A stretch of 35,151 nucleotides of DNA from Dehalococcoidia bacterium. GTDB taxonomy: Bacteria; Chloroflexota; Dehalococcoidia; DSTF01; RBG-16-68-14. Below the pieces are notes generated by a model that saw nothing but the letters and a program-made list of their open reading frames with translations, ran no database searches and had not been told where the DNA came from. The stretch is from NCBI GenBank assembly GCA_040882355.1, contig JBBEBM010000024.1, forward strand, positions 1-35,151, in the 5' to 3' direction. Positions 29,272 to 35,151 of this stretch are shown here, one piece after another. Each line of letters opens with the position of its first letter. The stretch's first letter is position 1. The translations under genes and the position numbers were made by a program.

Positions 29272-30384
29272 CTATAGTACGGCATCCGCGACGCGCGCCA
29301 GGCTAGCTGAGGTGTCGCCCAGGAGGAGCTCGTTGCTCTTGACGCGCTTGAAGTACATCTGCACGTCGTGCTCCCAGGTATAGCCGACGCCGCCGTGGAC
29401 GTGGATCGCCTGGCTGGCCACCCACGCGCCCGGCTCCGCCGTCGCGGCTTTCGCCATTGCGATAGCGAGCGCGCGGTCCGGCGCGTCGGAGTCGACCTTC
29501 ACGGCGGCGTGGTAGACGGCCGCGCGCATGCGCTCGACCGCGCCGCCCATCTCGGCGACACGAGCCTTCACCGCCTGGAACGAGCCGATCGGCTGCCCGA
29601 ACTGCACCCGCTCCTGCGCGTACGACACCGTTAGCTCCAGCAGCCACTGAGCCGCGCCCAGCGTCTCTGTCGAGAGCGCCGCCCGCCACTCGTCGAGCAG
29701 CCGGTCGATCGCGTCGCTCGCGTCCTCGTCGCCGAACAGCGACGTCTCGGCGAGCGCGCCGTCGAGCGCAAGCTCGTACTGGCGCGTCGTCCGGTCCATC
29801 ACGTCGATCTCCGTCCACGAGACACCCGGCGCGTCCGTCGGGACCGCGAACAGGCCGTGCCCATCATGCTCGTGCAGCGCGTCGACCAGCACGACGCCGG
29901 CCAGCGGGCCGTGCGGCACGAACTCGCGCGCGCCGCTGATGCGCCAGCCACCATCCGAGCGCTCGGCGGCGCAACCGGGCCGCTCGCCGTTGAAGTCCTC
30001 GTGCGAGCCGCGCAGCGCCAGCGTCACGTTCGTGGCGCCGCTCACGATGCGCGACAGCAGGTCGCTCCGCGCGGCGCTCTCGGGCGCGGTCGCGATGGCG
30101 CGCGCTGCGAGCAGCGTCGTCGTCAGCGGGACCGGCAGCAGCGCCCGTCCCGCCTCCTCCAACACGACGATCACGTCCTCGAAGCGCATGCCCGCGCCGC
30201 CGTCGGCTTCGGGCACCGTCACCGCCGTCCAGCCGGCGCCGGCGAGCGCCTGCCACAGCTCCGCGTCGCGCCCGTCACCGTCGTACGCGACGGCGCGCAC
30301 GCGGCGGGCTTCGCACTCGCGGTCGAGAAGCTCGCGTAGGCCGCCGCGTAACAGCTCTTGCTCGTCGCTCAGCTCGAAGTCCAT
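29272..30384 (-). CDS. Acyl-CoA dehydrogenase, partner (beta) subunit
   Basis: MDFELSDEQ, EEAGRALLPVP, RVQFGQPIGSFQAVK, HVHGGVGYTWEHD, LLGD. Confidence 0.9.
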   Translation of the reverse strand: MDFELSDEQELLRGGLRELLDRECEARRVRAVAYDGDGRDAELWQALAGAGWTAVTVPEADGGAGMRFEDVIVVLEEAGRALLPVPLTTTLLAARAIATAPESAARSDLLSRIVSGATNVTLALRGSHEDFNGERPGCAAERSDGGWRISGAREFVPHGPLAGVVLVDALHEHDGHGLFAVPTDAPGVSWTEIDVMDRTTRQYELALDGALAETSLFGDEDASDAIDRLLDEWRAALSTETLGAAQWLLELTVSYAQERVQFGQPIGSFQAVKARVAEMGGAVERMRAAVYHAAVKVDSDAPDRALAIAMAKAATAEPGAWVASQAIHVHGGVGYTWEHDVQMYFKRVKSNELLLGDTSASLARVADAVL

Positions 30385-30390
30385 CGACGT

Positions 30391-31581
30391 CTAACCCCGC
30401 GGTAGGCCGTAGACCCGCTCCGCGATGATGTTCCGCTGGATGTCCTGCGTGCCGCCGTAGACCGTCGCCGCCCGCGAGAGGAAGTAGCGCCCGATCCAGT
30501 CGCCGCCGCCCGGCGCCCGCGGCGAGCCAGGCATCGCCAGGCCGTCCGGCCCGGCGAGCGAGAGGGCCAGCTCGTAGAGGCCCTGCTCCGTGTTCGCCCA
30601 GTAGAGCTTCATGATCGACGTCTCCGCGCCGGGCGCCGCCCCGCGCATGTAGCGCGTGATCAGGCGCAGGTTCGCCAGTCTCATGAGCTGGATGTCGGTG
30701 TACACGCCCGCGAGCCGCTCGCGCACGCGCTCGTCGTCGACGAGCAGGCGGCCGTTGCGAGCCGTCGTCCGCGCGTAGTCGCGCAGCTCGTCCCACGAGC
30801 GCTGGTAGCCGGCCAGCATCGACATCGTGATCACGCCGCGCTCGTACGCCAGGAGCCGGTTCGCGACGAGCCAGCCGCCGTTCTCTTCGCCGAGCAGGTT
30901 CGCCTTGGGCACGCGGACGCTGTCGAAGAAGACCTCGTTGAACTCCGACTCGCCCGAGATCTGCTTGATCGGCCGCACCGTGATCCCCGGCGTTTTCATG
31001 TCGACCAGAAAGAACGAGATGCCGCGGTGCTTCGGCGCGTCCGGGTCCGTGCGGGCGAGCAGCGCGCACCAGTCCGCGAAGTGCGCCTGTGAGCTCCAGA
31101 TCTTCTGCCCGTTGACGACGTAGTCGTCGCCGTCGAGCTGCGCGCGCGTCTGCAGGCCTGCGAGGTCCGAGCCCGCGTTCGGCTCCGAGAACCCCTGGCA
31201 CCAGACCACCTCGCCGCGCATGATCGGCGGCAGGAAGCGATGCTTCTGTTCGTCGGAGCCGGCGTCGATCAGCGTCGGCCCCACGAGGCTCAGCCCGAGC
31301 ACGTCGAGCGCCTCCGGCGCGCCGGCGCGCAGCAGCTCCTCGTGGTAGATCACCTGCTCCATCGCCGTCGCGCCGCGCCCACCGAACTCCTTCGGCCACG
31401 AGACGCCGAGCCAGCCGCCCTCGCCGAGGCGCTGCTCCCACGCACGCCGCGCCGCGTTGCCTTCGGCCTCGGGCAGTCCGCGCGGCCGGCTCGCCTTGCC
31501 CTCTTCGGTCAGGTTCTCGCGCAGCCACGCGACCAGCTCCTGCCGGAACGCCTCCTCACTCGGCGATAGGTCCAGGTCCAG
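30391..31581 (-). CDS. Acyl-CoA dehydrogenase alpha subunit (FadE17/ChsE-like), apparently starting at CTG
   Basis: WCQGFSEPNAGSDLA, NGQKIWSS, FNEVFF, LAYERG, YGGTQDIQRNIIAER. The conserved N-terminal domain extends 73 codons upstream of the ORF-track ATG to CTG 31581. Confidence 0.88.
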   Translation of the reverse strand: MDLDLSPSEEAFRQELVAWLRENLTEEGKASRPRGLPEAEGNAARRAWEQRLGEGGWLGVSWPKEFGGRGATAMEQVIYHEELLRAGAPEALDVLGLSLVGPTLIDAGSDEQKHRFLPPIMRGEVVWCQGFSEPNAGSDLAGLQTRAQLDGDDYVVNGQKIWSSQAHFADWCALLARTDPDAPKHRGISFFLVDMKTPGITVRPIKQISGESEFNEVFFDSVRVPKANLLGEENGGWLVANRLLAYERGVITMSMLAGYQRSWDELRDYARTTARNGRLLVDDERVRERLAGVYTDIQLMRLANLRLITRYMRGAAPGAETSIMKLYWANTEQGLYELALSLAGPDGLAMPGSPRAPGGGDWIGRYFLSRAATVYGGTQDIQRNIIAERVYGLPRG

Positions 31582-31624
31582 CTCGACACCTCATCTCGCG
31601 AATCACTTGGGCGGCGTTGGGATT

Positions 31625-31719
31625 GTAGTGAGACGCATCGAGGGGCGTCAAGTTGTAGGGCGCACGGCCGTGCGCCCCTACGGCGTCCCACACTCGAAGC
31701 TGCGGGTTTCAACCCGCAG
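31625..31719. repeat. REP cluster in the divergent intergenic region
   Basis: GTAG-GGCGCACGGCCGTGCGCC-c-CTAC (31655-31681); CTGCGGGT-ttca-ACCCGCAG (31700-31719). Confidence 0.75.
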
Positions 31720-31858
31720 ACGCGTTCTCCCATGGCAAGTCGCCTCAGGCGACATCCCCCAAAACCGCCCCTCGTCTTGACCATAACCCTCCGCCTGCGC
31801 TATATCTCCCGCGCTGGTTGCGACCGCACCGCCGCATCGAAAGGAACGATCTCGCCAC

Positions 31859-33061
31859 ATGCCGACCCAGACGCGTGACGCCGCCATCGTTGGCGCGTTC
31901 GAGTACCCCCTCCGCAAGGTCGAGGAGCTCTCGCCGCTGCAGATCAAGGCCGAGTGCGCCATCCGCGCACTGGAAGACGCCGGTCTGACGTGGAAGGACG
32001 TCGACGCGATCTATGAGGCGGGCGAGGGCGGCGGGGTGCTCTCCGGCATCGCGTCGACGCCCGAGTACTTCGGCGTCACCGCGAACGTGTGCGACACCAC
32101 GATGACCGGCGGCTCCTCGTACGAGTTCCAGGCGGCGCACGCCAAGCGAGCCATCGCCGCGGGCAAGGCGAACGTCGCCCTGCTCACCTACGGCTCGACC
32201 AACCGCCGCGACCAGCTCGCGATCGGCGCGGGCGGCCGCAGCTACCTCGCCGGCCCGGCGCACCCGGTCGCGAACCTTGAGGAGCTACAGGGCCTGACGC
32301 TCGTTGGTGACTACGCGATGGTCGCGGCGCGCCACGCCCACGAGTACGGCACGACACTCGAGCAGCGCGCCGCGATCAGCGTCGCCACGCGCAGCCACGC
32401 CGTGCGCAACCCGCAAGCCGTGCAGGCGATGACCGACATGGCGTTTCAGGGCATCGGTGAGATCACGGTCGAAGACGTCGTCAACTCGCGCATGATCGCC
32501 GACCCGCTGCACCTGCTCGAGTGCTGCATGATCTCGGACGGCGGCGGCGCCGTCGTCATCGCGTCGGCGGACGTTGCGCGCGGCTGCAAGCAGACGCCGG
32601 TCTGGGTGCTGGGCGGCGGCGAGGCGGTCCAGTACCCGCAGAACAACGGCGACATCACGACGAGCGCCGCCTCGCGCTCCGGCCCGCCCGCCTTCGCCGA
32701 AGCCGGCGTCCGCCCGGACGAGATCGACATCTGCATGCTCTACGACTCGTTCACGATCACGGTGCTGACGGTGCTCGAAGACCTCGGCTTCTGCAAGAAG
32801 GGCGAAGGCGGCGAGTTCGTGCAGGGCGGCCGTCTCCGCTTCGACACGGCCGACAAGCCCGCGCTCAACACCGACGGCGGCGGCCTCTCGTCGAACCATC
32901 CGGGCATGCGCGGCATCTTCCTCCTCATCGAGGCGACCCGGCAGCTCCGCGGCCAGTCGACGTCGCAGGTGCAGGACGCGCGCCTCGCCGTCGCCAGCGG
33001 CCTCGGCGGGCGACTCGGCGGCAGGCACGCCGCCGGCACCGTGGTGCTGGGTAAGGACTAG
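31859..33061 (+). CDS. SCP-x/Ltp2-type thiolase-fold protein lacking the N-terminal catalytic Cys
   Basis: DTTMTGGSS, CMISDGGGA, LYDSFT, LEDLGFCKKGEG, NTDGGGLSSNHPG. Confidence 0.88.
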   Translation: MPTQTRDAAIVGAFEYPLRKVEELSPLQIKAECAIRALEDAGLTWKDVDAIYEAGEGGGVLSGIASTPEYFGVTANVCDTTMTGGSSYEFQAAHAKRAIAAGKANVALLTYGSTNRRDQLAIGAGGRSYLAGPAHPVANLEELQGLTLVGDYAMVAARHAHEYGTTLEQRAAISVATRSHAVRNPQAVQAMTDMAFQGIGEITVEDVVNSRMIADPLHLLECCMISDGGGAVVIASADVARGCKQTPVWVLGGGEAVQYPQNNGDITTSAASRSGPPAFAEAGVRPDEIDICMLYDSFTITVLTVLEDLGFCKKGEGGEFVQGGRLRFDTADKPALNTDGGGLSSNHPGMRGIFLLIEATRQLRGQSTSQVQDARLAVASGLGGRLGGRHAAGTVVLGKD

Positions 33062-33064
33062 CCG

Positions 33065-33478
33065 ATGGCAGAGCCGCGCCGCCCGCAGCCCTCGTTCCCG
33101 GAGCCGGACACGCAGCCCTTCTGGGACGCGACGAAGCAGCACGAGCTGCGCTACCAAACGTGCGACTCGTGCAGCGCCGTCGTCTTCTTCCCGCGCAGGC
33201 ACTGCCCGTCCTGCATGGGCTTCGACCTGAGCTGGCAGACGTCGAAGGGCGAGGGCACCGTCTACACCTGCACCGTCATCCGCCAGATCGGCCACCCGTT
33301 CTTCCGCGGCCGCGCGCCCTATGTCGTCGCCTGGATCGACCTCGACGAGGGGTTCCGCATGCTCTCGAACGTCGTCGGCGTCGACGACCCATCGACCGTT
33401 ACGATCGGCCAGCGCGTGCGCCTCACCTGGGAGGACCAGGAGGACGGCGTCTCGATGCCGGTGTTCACGCCGGTGTAA
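33065..33478 (+). CDS. DUF35 Zn-ribbon/OB-fold protein (thiolase partner, ChsH2-C-like)
   Basis: PFWDA, CDSC..CPSC, GTVYT, PYVVAWIDLDEG..MLSN. Confidence 0.92.
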   Translation: MAEPRRPQPSFPEPDTQPFWDATKQHELRYQTCDSCSAVVFFPRRHCPSCMGFDLSWQTSKGEGTVYTCTVIRQIGHPFFRGRAPYVVAWIDLDEGFRMLSNVVGVDDPSTVTIGQRVRLTWEDQEDGVSMPVFTPV

Positions 33479-33542
33479 GGCGATGTGCCAGGCTGGAGCG
33501 GGATGCGCGTCAGCGCAGGGTGAGGGCTAGTAGGAGGAGCGC

Positions 33543-34040
33543 ATGTCCAAAGTGATCACAGACGCCGCACGAGCGCTCATCGGCGTCGAGCTCGATCCGG
33601 TCAAGGCCGAGATCGACAAGACGTGGGTGCGCCGGTACGCGCTCGCGGTGAAGTCGCCGCAGCCGCCCAACCCGCTCTACACGGACGAAAGCTACGCCGC
33701 CGGCACGACGTGGGGCGGCGTCATCGCCCCGCCGACGCTCTGCACCGGCTTCCCGTGGCTAGGCCCGCTGCTCGACAAGATCAACCCGTCGATGGGCAAG
33801 TACCGCGTCGGGCTGAACGGAGGTAACGAGTACGAGCTGTACGAGCCGGTGCGCATCGGCGACGTACTCACCGGCGTCCCGAAGCTCGCCGGCCTCGACG
33901 AGAAGCCGCGCGACGACGGCGGCGTCATGCTCGTGATCAACCTGGAGGCGCAGTTCACCAACCAGCGCGGGGAGAAGGTGCTGACGGCGCGACAGACGCT
34001 GCTCCGCATCTACGGCCCCGAGAACTTCACGCAGGAGTAA
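33543..34040 (+). CDS. MaoC/hotdog dehydratase N-terminal-like (non-catalytic partner) subunit
   Basis: VRRYALAV..NPLYTD..WGGVIAPPT, LNGGNEYELYEPVRIGD, NQRGE. Confidence 0.85.
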   Translation: MSKVITDAARALIGVELDPVKAEIDKTWVRRYALAVKSPQPPNPLYTDESYAAGTTWGGVIAPPTLCTGFPWLGPLLDKINPSMGKYRVGLNGGNEYELYEPVRIGDVLTGVPKLAGLDEKPRDDGGVMLVINLEAQFTNQRGEKVLTARQTLLRIYGPENFTQE

Positions 34041-34044
34041 GACG

Positions 34045-34479
34045 ATGGCTCAGCAGCTCTACTGGGAAGACGTGCAAGAAGGGCAGGACGTGCCGCCCTA
34101 CAGCCAGATGGTCGGCTACATGGAGCTCAACCGCTTCGCCGGCGCGAACGACGAGCTTGTCCCGATCCACATGGACGCCGACTACGCCAAGAACGTCGCC
34201 AAACTGCCGGACGTCATCGTGATGGGGAACCTCAAGCTCGCCTACATCGCCAACGCGGTTACGGACTGGGCCGGCGACGAGGGCTGGATCGAGAAGCTCT
34301 TCATCGAGTACCGCAAGATGGACTTCGTCAACCACACCCTCACGGCGAAGGCCAAGGTGACGAAGAAGTACGAGCGGGACAGCCGCCACCTCGTCGACCT
34401 CGACGTCTGGGTGGAGAACGATGAAGGCGAGACGACCACGCCCGGCCGCGCGACGTTGCGGTTGCCATCGCGCCAGTAG
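34045..34479 (+). CDS. MaoC-family (R)-hydratase subunit
   Basis: YWEDVQEG, RFAGANDELVPIHMDADYA..LPDVIVMG. Confidence 0.85.
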   Translation: MAQQLYWEDVQEGQDVPPYSQMVGYMELNRFAGANDELVPIHMDADYAKNVAKLPDVIVMGNLKLAYIANAVTDWAGDEGWIEKLFIEYRKMDFVNHTLTAKAKVTKKYERDSRHLVDLDVWVENDEGETTTPGRATLRLPSRQ

Positions 34480-34495
34480 CGCTTGCCCCTTCGCC

Positions 34496-34519
34496 GTAGC
34501 CGAGGCTTTCCAGCCTCGG
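34496..34519 (+). repeat. GTAG REP
   Basis: GTAG-CCGAGGCT-ttcc-AGCCTCGG. Confidence 0.75.
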
Positions 34520-34547
34520 CGCGGGCGCCCTCACGGAGGCCGCGGCT

Positions 34548-34576
34548 TTGACCGAAGCCGCAGCCCTGCCTACACT
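34548..34576 (+). promoter_or_regulatory. Putative sigma70 promoter for the MBL gene
   Basis: TTGACC-17 nt-TACACT. Confidence 0.6.
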
Positions 34577-34634
34577 GCATCCCGTCCCGATAGCCGGCCG
34601 GCACCTCGCCGGCCTGAATCCCGGAGGTATCGCC

Positions 34635-35151
34635 ATGCCCTACGAACCGCTCGCTCCTGAAATCCATCGCCCGCCGCTCAAAGTCGGCGACGACACCTGG
34701 TTGATCCAGCAGATCCAGGTGGCGGCCATCGGCCCGCTTTTCGTCTACCTCAACTCGCTCGTGATCAAGGGCCCGGAATCGATCATCGTGGACACGGGCA
34801 CGCCCGCGAACCGAGAGCAGTGGATGAAGGACGTCTTCTCGATCGTCGATCCCGGCGACGTGCGCTGGGTCTTTCTCTCCCACGACGACATCGACCACGC
34901 GGGTAACCTGGCCGAGGTAATGGAGGCGTGCCCGAACGCCACGCTGATCGCGACGTGGTTCTTCACCGAGCGCCACGCCTGCGCTATGAACCTCCCGTTC
35001 GAGCGCATGCGCTGGGTGAACGACGGAGACTCCTGGCGAGCGGGCGACCGCACCCTGACGGCGATCACGCCCCCGCTGTTCGACTCGCCGATCACGCGCG
35101 GCCTCTACGACGACCGCACCGGCGTCTACTGGGCCGTCGATTCGTTCGCGA
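34635..35151 (+). CDS. MBL-fold metallo-protein (FprA/ODP di-iron-like), runs off the window; not in the ORF track
   Basis: RBS GGAGG; MPYEPLAPEIHRPP..LNSLVIKG..IVDTG..VRWVFLSHDDIDHAGNL..PPLFDSP..YWAVDSF. Confidence 0.85.
   Translation, partial: MPYEPLAPEIHRPPLKVGDDTWLIQQIQVAAIGPLFVYLNSLVIKGPESIIVDTGTPANREQWMKDVFSIVDPGDVRWVFLSHDDIDHAGNLAEVMEACPNATLIATWFFTERHACAMNLPFERMRWVNDGDSWRAGDRTLTAITPPLFDSPITRGLYDDRTGVYWAVDSFA

Overview
High-GC bacterial scaffold, most consistent with Chloroflexota/Dehalococcoidia (inferred from gene content and repeat types, not proven), with two N-gaps (100 N at 4594-4693, 10 N at 23770-23779). The left part holds a glnA4-like glutamine-synthetase/SDR/EamA operon, a Gfo/Idh/MocA oxidoreductase, a two-domain VOC protein, a 38-aa leaderless ORF, a zur-znuACB-type operon divergent from uvrA, a REP-associated tyrosine transposase (RAYT) with REPs inside its own ORF, and a HAD hydrolase. 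From 13.5 kb onward lies a dense CoA-dependent catabolic region: an LLM monooxygenase, a crotonase, seven family III CoA-transferases (three BbsE/BbsF-like pairs plus a singleton), two alpha/beta acyl-CoA dehydrogenase pairs, EthD, DinB, a Cys-less thiolase with a DUF35 partner, two MaoC proteins and an MBL-fold protein. Many of the longer intergenic gaps carry small palindromic repeats. The most unusual signal is a 23-24 nt TGAGC..CGAA element that appears precisely inserted, without obvious target duplication, into two other repeat families and in-frame into a CoA-transferase gene. All calls come from reading the sequence; no searches were run.
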